Below are positions 44,475-54,902 of a DNA stretch of 64,000 bases, piece by piece. The stretch spans positions 1,917-65,916 of the forward strand of contig DATKUO010000139.1 of the NCBI GenBank assembly GCA_035530515.1, in the 5' to 3' direction. Each line of letters begins with the position of its first letter. Within the stretch, counting starts at the first letter, position 1. Below the pieces are notes generated by a model. The model saw only the letters and a list, made by a program, of their open reading frames with translations. It was not told where the DNA came from and did no database searches. Origin of the DNA: Bacteroidales bacterium (GTDB taxonomy: Bacteria; Bacteroidota; Bacteroidia; Bacteroidales; VadinHA17). A program made the position numbers and the translations under genes.

Positions 44475-45605
44475 ATGAGAGAGATTCAGATGGTCGACCT
44501 GAGGGCTCAGTACCAAAGAATAGGGACAGAAATTGATATTGCCATTAAGTCTGTTCTTGCATCAACTGCGTTTATTAAAGGCCCTGATATTAAACTATTT
44601 GAAGATGAGCTCCGGGAATATATGGGAGTAACCCATGTTGTTTCGTGTGCGAACGGGACAGATGCTCTTTATCTCGCTATGATGGTTCTTGGACTTAAAC
44701 CAGGGGATGAGGTTATTACAACAAATTTCACCTTTATTGCAACAGTAGAGGTTGTTGCTCTGCTAGGCCTTAAGCTTACTATTGTTGATCCCGACCCAGG
44801 TACATTTAACATCTCTGTTGAAGCTATCAGAAAAGCAATAACACCAAAAACCAAAGTTATTGTTCCGGTACATCTTTTCGGTCAGTGTGCTGACATGGAA
44901 AGCATTATGGAGCTTGCTACGACCCATAAGCTTTTTGTTATAGAAGATGCCGCCCAGGCAACCGGAGCAGATTATGTCTTTCGCGATGGATCTGTAAAAA
45001 AGGCAGGGACGATCGGACATATTGGTACGACTTCATTTTTCCCGTCAAAGAATCTGGGATGCTATGGTGATGGCGGTGCAATATATACTAATGATGATGC
45101 TTATGCAAAAAAGCTACGAAGCATTGCCAACCATGGAATGAAAGTAAAATATCATTATGATGATATAGGTATCAATTCAAGGCTTGATACAATTCAGGCA
45201 GCAATCCTGAGAGTGAAGCTTAAATATCTTTCGCTCTTCAACACTGATAGAAAAAAAGTTGCGGATCTATATAATGAAGCTTTCATAAGGTGTGATTCAA
45301 TTTCTGCTCCCGAAAAAGTAAGTTATTCTTCTCATATCTATCATCAATATACCATCAAAATAATAAACGGAAGAAGGGATGAGCTAAAGAAATATCTCGA
45401 ATCTAAGAATATTCCATCAATGATTTATTACCCCGGGCCATTGCATATGCAGGAGGCCTACAAATACTTAGGATACAACGATAATGACTTCCCAATAACA
45501 AACACTCTTTGCAAAGAGGTTCTTTCACTACCAATGCATCCTGACATGGAACAGGATCAAATTGATTATATAATTCAGAATATCTTACAATTCTTCGATA
45601 AATAA
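44475..45605 (+). CDS. DegT/DnrJ/EryC1/StrS family PLP aminotransferase (WbpE-like, UDP-2-acetamido-2-deoxy-3-oxo-glucuronate aminotransferase)
   Basis: 376-aa ORF. The fold-type I sugar aminotransferase pattern shows the PLP-Lys region (TSFFPSKNLGCYGDGG). The WbpE role is inferred from the adjacent WbpD/WbpB/WbpA-like genes. Confidence 0.75.
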   Translation: MREIQMVDLRAQYQRIGTEIDIAIKSVLASTAFIKGPDIKLFEDELREYMGVTHVVSCANGTDALYLAMMVLGLKPGDEVITTNFTFIATVEVVALLGLKLTIVDPDPGTFNISVEAIRKAITPKTKVIVPVHLFGQCADMESIMELATTHKLFVIEDAAQATGADYVFRDGSVKKAGTIGHIGTTSFFPSKNLGCYGDGGAIYTNDDAYAKKLRSIANHGMKVKYHYDDIGINSRLDTIQAAILRVKLKYLSLFNTDRKKVADLYNEAFIRCDSISAPEKVSYSSHIYHQYTIKIINGRRDELKKYLESKNIPSMIYYPGPLHMQEAYKYLGYNDNDFPITNTLCKEVLSLPMHPDMEQDQIDYIIQNILQFFDK

Positions 45606-45610
45606 ATATT

Positions 45611-46189
45611 ATGAAAAAGAAATATTTTGCCCATAAAACAGCAATCATCGATGATGGTTGTAAAATTGGTAAGGGAACAAAGATCTGGCATTTCAGCCAT
45701 ATTATGACAGATTCTGAAATCGGGGAGAATTGTAATATTGGGCAGAATGTTGTCATCTCACCTGGGGTAAAGCTTGGAAAGAATGTAAAAGTCCAGAATA
45801 ATGTATCAATCTATTCCGGAGTTATTTGCGATGATGATGTTTTTCTCGGACCTTCTATGGTATTTACAAATGTAATCAACCCTCGTAGCGCAATAAAACG
45901 TAGAGACCAATTTCTTGAGACGATTGTCGAGAGAGGGGCTTCAATAGGAGCGAACTCAACAATCGTCTGCGGAATAATTATAGGAAGGTATGCATTTGTT
46001 GGAGCAGGCGCTGTAGTAACAAAAGATGTCAAGCCTTATGCACTTGTCTTGGGTAATCCTGCTCGTCAAACCGGTTGGATCAGCGAATTTGGGTATAAAC
46101 TGGATTTTGACGACAAAGGTTTTGCTTTCTGCCCTGAAAGCAGCGAGAGATATCTGCTTGAGAACGGGATTGTTTCTAAAATAATTTAG
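45611..46189 (+). CDS. left-handed beta-helix N-acetyltransferase (WbpD-like)
   Basis: 192-aa ORF with hexapeptide repeats throughout (IGKGTKIWHFSHI, IGENCNIGQNVVI, VGAGAVVTKDV). Size and context match WbpD. Confidence 0.75.
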   Translation: MKKKYFAHKTAIIDDGCKIGKGTKIWHFSHIMTDSEIGENCNIGQNVVISPGVKLGKNVKVQNNVSIYSGVICDDDVFLGPSMVFTNVINPRSAIKRRDQFLETIVERGASIGANSTIVCGIIIGRYAFVGAGAVVTKDVKPYALVLGNPARQTGWISEFGYKLDFDDKGFAFCPESSERYLLENGIVSKII

Positions 46190-46218
46190 TAGTTTTATGC
46201 GGCTTTAAAGGATTAAGA

Positions 46219-47178
46219 ATGAATAATATTTCAAAAAATTTTGGAATTATAGGTGTTGCCGGATATATTGCTGTCAGACATCTTCATGCAATTAAGGAAA
46301 CAGGCAATAACCTCCTGGCCAGCCTCGACAAATTTGATAGTGTCGGACGAATTGACAACTATTTTCCGGAAAGTGATTTTTTTGTTGAGTTTGAAAGATT
46401 CGACAGACATTTTGATAAACTAAAACGAACCGGGACTAAAATTGATTATGTAAGTATCTGTTCTCCCAATTATCTCCATGATTCGCATATCAGGTTTGCC
46501 CTGCGTCACCAGGCGGAAGCTATCTGTGAAAAGCCTATAGTCCTCAACCCATGGAATATTGAAGCGTTACAGGAGATTGAAAATGAGACCGGACATAAAA
46601 TCTATACTGTTCTCCAACTTCGGCTTCATCCTAAATTGCAGGAACTGAGGGAAAAGGTACTGAATGGACCGAAGGGTAAAATCTATGATGTTGATCTGTC
46701 ATATATAACCAGCCGCGGGAACTGGTATTCAATATCCTGGAAAGGTGATATCCAGAAGTCAGGGGGGGTGGCAACTAACATCGGTATTCATTTTTTCGAT
46801 ATGCTGATCTGGATCTTCGGTACCTCTAAAAAGAATATTGTTCATCTCTCCGAGCCAAATAAAGCAGCTGGATTTCTTGAACTCGAAAATGCAAGGGTCA
46901 GATGGTTTCTTAGCCTTGATTATAATGATATTCCTGATCATGTGAAGACAAATGGTCAGAGAACATTCAGATCGATCACTGTTGAAGGCAAAGAGATTGA
47001 ATTCAGCGATGGGTTTGCCGACCTGCATACACTTTCATACAAAGAGATACTTACAGGGAGGGGATTTGGATTAAAAGAGGCAAAACAGTCAGTCGAGACA
47101 GCATACACAATCAGAAATGCAAAACCTGTAGGACTTAAAGGAGACTATCATCCAATATTAAGAAATGTAAAAAAATAA
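46219..47178 (+). CDS. Gfo/Idh/MocA oxidoreductase (WbpB-like UDP-GlcNAcA 3-dehydrogenase)
   Basis: 319-aa ORF. GIIGVAGYIAVRHLHAIKETGN and DYVSICSPNYLHDSHIRFAL..AICEKP closely parallel P. aeruginosa WbpB as I recall it. Confidence 0.75.
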   Translation: MNNISKNFGIIGVAGYIAVRHLHAIKETGNNLLASLDKFDSVGRIDNYFPESDFFVEFERFDRHFDKLKRTGTKIDYVSICSPNYLHDSHIRFALRHQAEAICEKPIVLNPWNIEALQEIENETGHKIYTVLQLRLHPKLQELREKVLNGPKGKIYDVDLSYITSRGNWYSISWKGDIQKSGGVATNIGIHFFDMLIWIFGTSKKNIVHLSEPNKAAGFLELENARVRWFLSLDYNDIPDHVKTNGQRTFRSITVEGKEIEFSDGFADLHTLSYKEILTGRGFGLKEAKQSVETAYTIRNAKPVGLKGDYHPILRNVKK

Positions 47179-48467
47179 TGTATAAAAATCTTATTACAAA
47201 GGAGACGAAACTTTCAGTTATTGGCCTTGGATATGTCGGCCTGCCAATAGCACTTGAGTTCGCAAAACAAATCAGCGTTATCGGCTTCGATATTAAACCC
47301 GACAGAGTGGAACAGATGAATCGGGGTATTGACCCAAGTAATGAACTTAGTTCTGAAGCTTTTAATGATTCAGATATCATTTTTACAAGCGATCCTACGG
47401 TATTAAAAGATGCCTCATTTCACATTATTGCAGTACCTACCCCTATCCACAGAAACAATCTGCCCGATCTGACCCCAGTACTTAAAGCTTCAGAAACTGT
47501 TGGAAAAGTGTTAAAAAGAGGAGACTATGTAGTCTATGAATCAACCGTTTACCCGGGATGTACTGAAGACGAGTGCATTCCTGTACTTGAAAGATTTTCA
47601 GAATTAAAATGCGGCACTGACTTTAAAGTTGGTTTCTCCCCCGAAAGAATTAATCCGGGTGACACAAAACATTCTCTTACAAAAATCGTAAAAGTAACAA
47701 GTGGATGCGATGCCGAATCGGCAGAAAATATAGCAAAAACATACGAGCTGATCATTGAGGCCGGTGTTCATAGAGCTAGTTCAATAAAAGTTGCGGAAGC
47801 TGCAAAAATCATCGAAAATACTCAGCGCGATATTAATATCGCTTTTATGAATGAACTATCAATCATTTTCAACAAGCTGGGAGTCAATACGTATGAAGTA
47901 CTTGAAGCAGCCGGAACAAAATGGAACTTCCTTAAATTCTATCCGGGCCTGGTTGGAGGACACTGTATTGGTGTAGATCCTTATTATCTCTCTTTCAAAG
48001 TAAAGTCATTGGGATATCATCCTCAGATGATTGATTCAGGCAGGTTCATAAATGACAGTATGGGAAGGTATATTGGAAAGCAGACTGTCAAGAAAATAAT
48101 AGCATCAGGAAAGAACCTGAAGAGCGCACGCGTTCTTATTATGGGAATTACTTTTAAAGAAGATGTTACCGATATTCGTAATTCAAAAGTGGTTGATGTT
48201 ATCAGCGAACTTGACGACTTTGGAATAACAGTTGACGTTATTGATCCGGGAGCCTCTAAACATGAGGTTAAAGAAGAATACGGAATCGACATGAAGGAGC
48301 AACATTCTGGCAAATACGATGCCGTAATTCTGGCTGTCAGTCATGAAGAATATTTAAAACTTGATGAATCATTTTTTACGTCTATCCTGAATAATGATGG
48401 AATAGTTGTTGATGTGAAAGGTGTCCTCCGTGGAAAAATTAAAAATCATACTTACTGGAGTCTTTAA
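47178..48467 (+). CDS. nucleotide-sugar 6-dehydrogenase (WbpA/TviB-type UDP-N-acetylhexosamine dehydrogenase)
   Basis: 429-aa ORF with NAD motif VIGLGYVGLP and the catalytic Cys in GLVGGHCIGVDPYY. The GlcNAc-type substrate is inferred from the wbpB/D/E-like neighbours. Confidence 0.8.
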   Translation: MYKNLITKETKLSVIGLGYVGLPIALEFAKQISVIGFDIKPDRVEQMNRGIDPSNELSSEAFNDSDIIFTSDPTVLKDASFHIIAVPTPIHRNNLPDLTPVLKASETVGKVLKRGDYVVYESTVYPGCTEDECIPVLERFSELKCGTDFKVGFSPERINPGDTKHSLTKIVKVTSGCDAESAENIAKTYELIIEAGVHRASSIKVAEAAKIIENTQRDINIAFMNELSIIFNKLGVNTYEVLEAAGTKWNFLKFYPGLVGGHCIGVDPYYLSFKVKSLGYHPQMIDSGRFINDSMGRYIGKQTVKKIIASGKNLKSARVLIMGITFKEDVTDIRNSKVVDVISELDDFGITVDVIDPGASKHEVKEEYGIDMKEQHSGKYDAVILAVSHEEYLKLDESFFTSILNNDGIVVDVKGVLRGKIKNHTYWSL

Positions 48468-49496
48468 ATGAAAAAGAAAATCCTTGTTACCGGAGGAACC
48501 GGATATATTGGCTCGCATACAACTGTTGAACTTATTGAGAATGGATTCGATGTTGTAATTATCGATAACCTGTATAATTCTGAAGCTGAGGTTGTTGACA
48601 GGATTCATGAAATATCAGGAGTTAAACCGGTACTGGACATTTTTGATCTATGTGATAAGGAAAAACTCGATGGTTTCTTCAGTAATAATACAGATATCGC
48701 AGCAATTATCCACTTTGCAGCCTATAAGGCGGTAGGTGAATCTGTTAACAAGCCTCTTGAGTACTACCGGAATAATCTATTATCATTGGTTAATATTCTG
48801 AATGCAATGATACGCTTCAAAATTCCGGATCTGGTTTTTTCATCCTCATGCACCGTCTACGGACAACCGGAAAATCTACCGGTAACTGAAGATGCTCCGC
48901 TACAACCGGCAACTTCTCCCTATGGAAACACAAAACAGATTGGAGAAGCTATTATCAGGGATACTACTGTTTCTGATAAAAATATTAAAGCAATTTCGCT
49001 AAGGTACTTTAATCCGATCGGAGCGCATCAATCAGCTCTGATAGGCGAACTTCCCAGAGGAGTTCCGGAAAATCTTGTACCCTTTATTACACAAACTGCA
49101 TACGGTTTAAGAGATGAACTCAAAGTATTCGGAGATGATTATGATACCCCCGACGGCTCATGCATAAGGGACTATCTCCATGTTGTCGATCTGGCCAAAG
49201 CCCATGTTATAGCTGTAAAAAGACTTCTTGAAAAAAGAAACAAGTCAGATTATGAGGTCTTCAACCTTGGAACAGGTACCGGAGTTTCAGTTCTTGAGGC
49301 TATCAGATCGTTTGAAAATGTTTCAGGAATAAAACTGAAGTACAAAATAACAGGAAGAAGAGAAGGAGATATTGAAAAAATATGGGCAGATCCTTCCTTT
49401 GCGGACCAGGAACTAGGCTGGAAAACATTAAGTTCACTCGATGAAGCAATGAATACAGCCTGGGAATGGGAAAAGAAAATCAGAAATAAAAAATAA
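48468..49496 (+). CDS. galE: UDP-glucose 4-epimerase
   Basis: 342-aa SDR ORF with GGTGYIGSH, the catalytic YGNTK (YxxxK), and DYDTPDGSCIRDYLHV, which is typical of GalE. Confidence 0.9.
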   Translation: MKKKILVTGGTGYIGSHTTVELIENGFDVVIIDNLYNSEAEVVDRIHEISGVKPVLDIFDLCDKEKLDGFFSNNTDIAAIIHFAAYKAVGESVNKPLEYYRNNLLSLVNILNAMIRFKIPDLVFSSSCTVYGQPENLPVTEDAPLQPATSPYGNTKQIGEAIIRDTTVSDKNIKAISLRYFNPIGAHQSALIGELPRGVPENLVPFITQTAYGLRDELKVFGDDYDTPDGSCIRDYLHVVDLAKAHVIAVKRLLEKRNKSDYEVFNLGTGTGVSVLEAIRSFENVSGIKLKYKITGRREGDIEKIWADPSFADQELGWKTLSSLDEAMNTAWEWEKKIRNKK

Positions 49497-49501
49497 TTGA
49501 T

Positions 49502-50557
49502 ATGAAGAAAACCATTCTGATTACCGGTGGTGCGGGATTTATCGGATCTCATGTGGTTAGAAGATTTGTAAACAACTACCCCGATTATCTAATTGTTAAT
49601 GCAGATAAGCTTACCTATGCCGGCAACCTGGAAAATCTTACTGACATTGAATCAAAACAGAATTATGTTTTCGAAAAAATTGATATCGTTGACAAGGGAT
49701 TTACGATGGGATTATTTACAAAATACAACTTTGATGGAATAATACATCTTGCTGCCGAATCGCATGTCGATCGTTCCATAAAAAGCCCTGATGAATTTGT
49801 TTTTACAAATATTGTAGGTACAGTTAACCTTCTTAATTCAGCTCTTAACAGCTGGAAAAATTCTCCTGAGGGGAAGCTATTCTATCATATTTCTACCGAT
49901 GAGGTTTACGGATCACTTGGAAAAGAAGGGCTCTTCACGGAACTCACAGCTTACGACCCGAAAAGTCCTTATTCAGCTTCCAAGGCAAGTTCCGATCACA
50001 TGGTCAGAGCCTATAATCATACTTTTGGAATTCCGGTTGTAATCTCTAATTGCTCTAATAACTACGGACCAAACCAGTTCCCTGAAAAGCTTATCCCTCT
50101 GGTAATAAATAATATTAAAACCAACAAACCTATCCCGGTATATGGTAAAGGTGAAAACATCCGCGACTGGCTTTATGTTGAGGACCATGCCTCAGCAATA
50201 GACCTCATTTATCACAGGGGAAAAGTAGGAGAAACATACAATATCGGAGGAAATAATGAGTGGAAAAATATTGATCTTATTAAGCTTCTTTGCAATATAC
50301 TAGATAAAAAGCTAAGCCGGCCTGCCGGTACTTCAGAAAAGCTTATAACCTATGTTAAAGATAGACCCGGACATGATATGAGGTATGCTATCGATTCCTC
50401 GAAAATACAGAAAGAGCTTAGCTGGGCTCCAATACCTGACTTTGCTGTTGGACTTGAAAAAACTGTTGAATGGTATCTCACAAATGAAAGCTGGCTCCAA
50501 AGTGTCCTGTCAGGGGATTATGGCAAATATTACGATTTGATGTATTCCGGCAGATAA
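49502..50557 (+). CDS. rfbB: dTDP-glucose 4,6-dehydratase
   Basis: 351-aa SDR ORF with GGAGFIGSH, STDEVYG, YSASKASSD and RPGHDMRYAID motifs of RmlB/RfbB. Confidence 0.9.
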   Translation: MKKTILITGGAGFIGSHVVRRFVNNYPDYLIVNADKLTYAGNLENLTDIESKQNYVFEKIDIVDKGFTMGLFTKYNFDGIIHLAAESHVDRSIKSPDEFVFTNIVGTVNLLNSALNSWKNSPEGKLFYHISTDEVYGSLGKEGLFTELTAYDPKSPYSASKASSDHMVRAYNHTFGIPVVISNCSNNYGPNQFPEKLIPLVINNIKTNKPIPVYGKGENIRDWLYVEDHASAIDLIYHRGKVGETYNIGGNNEWKNIDLIKLLCNILDKKLSRPAGTSEKLITYVKDRPGHDMRYAIDSSKIQKELSWAPIPDFAVGLEKTVEWYLTNESWLQSVLSGDYGKYYDLMYSGR

Positions 50558-50696
50558 ATATTTTTATTTATTTATCCTTCTCATCTTCTTAATCAACTCA
50601 TTGCCCAGGGCTATTTTTTGTTTAATATGCTCCTTGATTGCGGCAACAACACTGTTAGATTCAAATTCTCCTCTTACCTGCTCAAAATCAAGTTTT

Positions 50697-52532
50697 TTAT
50701 TCCACAGTTACAGATTTTGCCAGGTTCCTTGGCTGGTCAACATCACACCCTCTTAATACCGCAATATGATATGATAATAATTGAAGAGGTATCACTGCAA
50801 GAAGTCCCGTAAATGCCGGAAGTGTTTCGGGAACTTCAAGAACATAATCAGCCATTTTTCTGATTATTTCATCTCCTTCTGTAACAATCGCAATTACAAT
50901 ACCTTTTCTTGCCTTTATCTCCTGTATATTACTGATGATCTTTTCGTAAGTATCATCTTTGGTTGCAACAACAACAACAGGCATATTTTCATCAATAAGC
51001 GCAATCGGACCATGTTTCATTTCAGCAGCAGGATAGCCCTCGGCATGTATATATGAAATCTCTTTCAGCTTAAGTGCACCTTCTAATGCTACAGGAAACA
51101 GATACCCTCTTCCAAGATAAAGTGCATTGTGAGTGTTTTGAAAAACTCTGGCAAGTTCAAGAGCCTGAGTATTGATTTCAAGCGCTTTCTCAATTTTCTC
51201 TGGGATTGAAACCAGTTCTGTAATCAAATCTTTATATACTGAATCGGTGATGATTCCCTTCTGATGTCCAATTTCAAAGGCCATCATTGCCAGCACCGTA
51301 ACCTGGGTAGTAAATGCTTTTGTTGATGCGACACCTATCTCTGGTCCTGCATGAGTATAAACACCCGCATCTGTTTCACGCGGAATGCTGCTGCCGACTA
51401 CATTACATATCCCAATCACTTCTGCTCCTTTTGCTCTTGCAAGTTTAATAGCTGCAAGAGTATCAGCTGTTTCACCGCTCTGACTTATTGCAATTACAAT
51501 ATCCCCTTTTTTAATAATAGGATTTCTATACCTGAATTCAGAAGCATACTCTACCTCTACAGGAATACGGGTATATTCCTCTAAAATATATTCTCCCAAC
51601 AATCCTGCATGCCATGAAGTTCCACATGCAATTATTACTATTTTTTCAGCCTTCGACATTGATTCCAGTACGTTGTGAAGTCCGCCAAGCATCACTCCGG
51701 AATAGTCAGGCAATACTCTGCCTCTGAAGGTATTGTGGATTGCCCTGGGCTGTTCAAAAATTTCCTTCAACATGAAATGAGCAAATCCCTCCTTATCGAT
51801 CTCTCCTATCTTTAAATCCAATTCTTTAACCTCCGGTTGTATCATCCCGGTTCTTATTGTTTTAAGGATAAGTTCATCTTTCTTTATAATGGCAATATCA
51901 TCGTCATTCAAATAGATAACCCTCTGAGTATATTCAACGATAGGCGTTGCATCGGAAGCAATAAAATTTTCTCCCTCGCCCACTCCTATAACAAGTGGAC
52001 TACCCTTTTTTGCAGCAAACAGCTTGTCTGATTCCTTTGTGCAGATAATCACCAGACCATAGGCACCTTCCACCCTATTTAGAGCCATTATAATTGCCTG
52101 TTCAGCAGTCAGATCGCCTTCGAGATAAAGATGCTCAATAAGGTTTGCCAGAACTTCAGTATCTGTCTGGCTGGTAAATATTATTCCCCTGGTCTCAAGG
52201 TGTTTTTTCAGACGGGAATAATTCTCAATAATACCATTATGAACAACTATAAAGCTGCCTTTGTAAGATACTTGAGGGTGAGCATTTAACTCGTTGGGTT
52301 CGCCATGCGTTGCCCATCGGGTGTGCCCCATTCCTGTTGTTCCGTTAAAATTTGATTTATTGACTATCTTCTCTAGATCCTTAACCCTTCCTGTACATTT
52401 AAAGATCTTCGTTTCGCCATTTACCAGAGCAATTCCGGCTGAATCATAACCACGGTACTCAAGTCGTTTAAGACCGTTTATTAATATTTCACGGGCAGGT
52501 TTCGAACCAATATAACCAATTATTCCACACAT
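50697..52532 (-). CDS. glmS: glutamine--fructose-6-phosphate transaminase (isomerizing)
   Basis: The mature N-terminus MCGIIGYIG requires Cys at position 2, so the start is at 52532, not the track's 52541. Two SIS domains are present, and the C-terminus is DQPRNLAKSVTVE. Confidence 0.95.
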   Translation of the reverse strand: MCGIIGYIGSKPAREILINGLKRLEYRGYDSAGIALVNGETKIFKCTGRVKDLEKIVNKSNFNGTTGMGHTRWATHGEPNELNAHPQVSYKGSFIVVHNGIIENYSRLKKHLETRGIIFTSQTDTEVLANLIEHLYLEGDLTAEQAIIMALNRVEGAYGLVIICTKESDKLFAAKKGSPLVIGVGEGENFIASDATPIVEYTQRVIYLNDDDIAIIKKDELILKTIRTGMIQPEVKELDLKIGEIDKEGFAHFMLKEIFEQPRAIHNTFRGRVLPDYSGVMLGGLHNVLESMSKAEKIVIIACGTSWHAGLLGEYILEEYTRIPVEVEYASEFRYRNPIIKKGDIVIAISQSGETADTLAAIKLARAKGAEVIGICNVVGSSIPRETDAGVYTHAGPEIGVASTKAFTTQVTVLAMMAFEIGHQKGIITDSVYKDLITELVSIPEKIEKALEINTQALELARVFQNTHNALYLGRGYLFPVALEGALKLKEISYIHAEGYPAAEMKHGPIALIDENMPVVVVATKDDTYEKIISNIQEIKARKGIVIAIVTEGDEIIRKMADYVLEVPETLPAFTGLLAVIPLQLLSYHIAVLRGCDVDQPRNLAKSVTVE

Positions 52533-52587
52533 AATGAACAAGCATTAGAACATAAGGCACGAAAGTAATAATTTTGGTTCACAAAAT

Positions 52588-53988
52588 CTAGAACTTAGTA
52601 TAGGTATATTCGAATTTAACAGGAGTTTTGCTGTTATTGGCTTTCAAAATGACATTCTTTATACCTCCATACTGGAATAATTCCAGCTCAGGCAGTACTT
52701 CATCAGTAGCATCATTAAAATACCCCTGTACAAATGTAGCCAGATTAAATTTATAGACATTATTTATTGAATCGATCCTCCCGTCAAAGAAGTCGTGATA
52801 CTTATCAATATAATAATCGGGGACCTCATATTTAGCCCCGCTTTTTGTCCTGTACCTCAGATATAGTTGAGGAGGGACCGTAGATGGTTTAAACATATCA
52901 CCATCCAAATAGACAGGTATTGAAAGTCTCGCTTTATTAACTCCAATATTATTGAAAGCCGGATCATCTTTCAATGTTTTAAGAGATGGTAACTCTATTT
53001 TTGTATATACACCGTTAAGCGACTGAAGGTAAGAAAGAGTGTCGAGAAAACCATCATTAATATGCGCTATTTTCTTCTCCGGACTGGCAGTAGTAAAATC
53101 GTGTGAATACTTGTTAAAAGAGGCGTTTTTATTAACAGCATCGAGAATGAACAGGAATTGTTTCAGTTCATCAGCTTCATCATGCATGTATAGAACTAAT
53201 ACATTATTATATGCTCCAGGAGTAGAGGGCGGTGTAAAACTTAACAAAACAAGTAAAGGGTCAGAACCAGGTGTTATACTAAAATATAATCCGTTGAAAA
53301 AAGATCTGAAATCATCTCTTGTATTACTGTAAAATAGTTTTGAAGTATCTCTTATAAGATAATTCCCGAATTCAACAGGCAGATCGATAACAATATTATT
53401 TATGGTATCGGGTGTCAATGCAGGAAGCTCAATATCGGAAATCTCATACCCAGTTAGAGGCACTACCTTGCTTGAATAATATGCAGAGTCGATATTAAGT
53501 TGCTCAGCAATCTCTGAAAGTTTTAAGGTATAAACATTGTCCGAGCCTCCCCCCTTAACATCAAGAAGAGTCAGGTATAACCTTACAGAATCAATTGTGG
53601 TGGGTTCAAAATTCCACTCACTACCCATTCTTATCTCAGTAACAAACTCTGCTGTAGTTGTGCCAAAATAGGGATCGTAAATATATCCCAGATACGAAAT
53701 GGAAGGATTATCAGTACGATCTAATTCATCATACATAGTATATGACCATGCACTTATTGTATCTGTAGACTGTATATCAACAAAATCACCTTTCGGAAGC
53801 AGTGCCGATCCGATTTGTGTTGGCTCCTCTTCACAAGAACTTAAAAAAAATGTTATGAGAGTAAAGAGTGTCAGAAAGAATTTGCTAAAGAGATGATGAG
53901 AAACAGAATAAAATCTGTGTAGTGATTGGGAACTATGATAATATCTTGTCATAAAAGTCATTATAGGCATCAATATATTCGGTCTCAT
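52588..53988 (-). CDS. DUF4270 family lipoprotein
   Basis: 466-aa ORF with lipobox FFLSSC. Its position between the short glycogen synthase and glmS is the conserved Bacteroidota location of DUF4270 proteins. The start is ambiguous (Met codons at 53988, 53970, 53961 and 53952), and all of them overlap the upstream gene. Confidence 0.6.
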   Translation of the reverse strand: MRPNILMPIMTFMTRYYHSSQSLHRFYSVSHHLFSKFFLTLFTLITFFLSSCEEEPTQIGSALLPKGDFVDIQSTDTISAWSYTMYDELDRTDNPSISYLGYIYDPYFGTTTAEFVTEIRMGSEWNFEPTTIDSVRLYLTLLDVKGGGSDNVYTLKLSEIAEQLNIDSAYYSSKVVPLTGYEISDIELPALTPDTINNIVIDLPVEFGNYLIRDTSKLFYSNTRDDFRSFFNGLYFSITPGSDPLLVLLSFTPPSTPGAYNNVLVLYMHDEADELKQFLFILDAVNKNASFNKYSHDFTTASPEKKIAHINDGFLDTLSYLQSLNGVYTKIELPSLKTLKDDPAFNNIGVNKARLSIPVYLDGDMFKPSTVPPQLYLRYRTKSGAKYEVPDYYIDKYHDFFDGRIDSINNVYKFNLATFVQGYFNDATDEVLPELELFQYGGIKNVILKANNSKTPVKFEYTYTKF

Positions 53989-54739
53989 TTTTGAATGAAA
54001 GAACCGGTTTATTAACTGTACTCACGTATTTGGTCAATTCCTCGTTTATATCTTCACTTCCGATAATTATCCCGTCAGAATATTTAATTGCCAATTTCGA
54101 TACATTAACAAAATCAGGGTTCTTAACCATTTTAAGGCTTTCACCATCTATTCCATCGAAACGCAGTTTATCGGCGAATGTTGATCTAAACGGAGTTTTA
54201 AAATCATTATTGTAAAGAGAATATATAATTTTGTAATTATTGAACAGAGGATCATCATTGTAAATACTCTTGAGGTAAACCGGCACCAGGGCTGACATCC
54301 AACCATGGCAATGAACAATATCAGGAGCCCATCTCAATTTTTTCACAGTTTCAATAACCCCACGGGCAAAGAATAAAGCCCTCTCATCATTATCTTCAAA
54401 TTCCTTCCCTTCAGAGTCGCTGATTATATATTTTCTCAGGAAATAATCGTCATTATCAATAAAATAGACCTGCATGCGGGCTGACTGTATCGAAGCAACT
54501 TTAATTATTAGGGGATGGTCGGTATCGTCAATAATTAAATTCATTCCTGAAAGCCGGATAACCTCATGCAGCTGATTCCTTCTTTCATTAATACAACCAT
54601 ACCTCGGCATAAAAGTCCGAATCTCTTTACCCCTTTCCTGAATACCTTGTGGGAGAAATCTTCCGATCTTCGACAAATTCGATTCACCTAAATATGGAGT
54701 GATCTCTTGTGAAATGAATAATACCTTCCTGCTTTCCAT
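53933..54739 (-). CDS. glycogen/starch synthase family protein (short, GT5 N-terminal-type)
   Basis: 268-aa ORF. KVLFISQEITPY...RTFMPRYG...DIVHCHGWMSALVP follows the Glyco_transf_5 pattern. The roughly 270-aa short form is common in Bacteroidota. Confidence 0.75.
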   Translation of the reverse strand: MESRKVLFISQEITPYLGESNLSKIGRFLPQGIQERGKEIRTFMPRYGCINERRNQLHEVIRLSGMNLIIDDTDHPLIIKVASIQSARMQVYFIDNDDYFLRKYIISDSEGKEFEDNDERALFFARGVIETVKKLRWAPDIVHCHGWMSALVPVYLKSIYNDDPLFNNYKIIYSLYNNDFKTPFRSTFADKLRFDGIDGESLKMVKNPDFVNVSKLAIKYSDGIIIGSEDINEELTKYVSTVNKPVLSFKNETEYIDAYNDFYDKILS

Positions 54740-54902
54740 TTATTTACCTACCTGTATATACCATCTCAATTTAAAGGGGCAAAGATAGTAATAAAAAATT
54801 ACATAATTAAATATCCTGATTGTGCAGTGAACACGAAATTTTATCTGCTCTGAAAGTTCTGGATTGAAATAATTTCATATAGGTTTGTATAAAATATGAG
54901 CA

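Noticed and set aside
50564-50707. 47-codon open frame on the minus strand just downstream of glmS (LWNKKLDFEQVRGEFESNSVVAAIKEHIKQKIALGNELIKKMRRINK*)
   Set aside because: It has no ATG, GTG or TTG start until 9 codons from its end, and it begins inside the glmS stop region. It might be the C-terminal relic of a small helical protein, but I cannot match it to any family. It is therefore not reported as a feature.
52533-52587. glmS ribozyme upstream of glmS
   Set aside because: Only 55 nt separate glmS from the preceding DUF4270 gene, and the sequence is AT-rich and unstructured. The ribozyme is about 170 nt and is characteristic of Firmicutes-type leaders.
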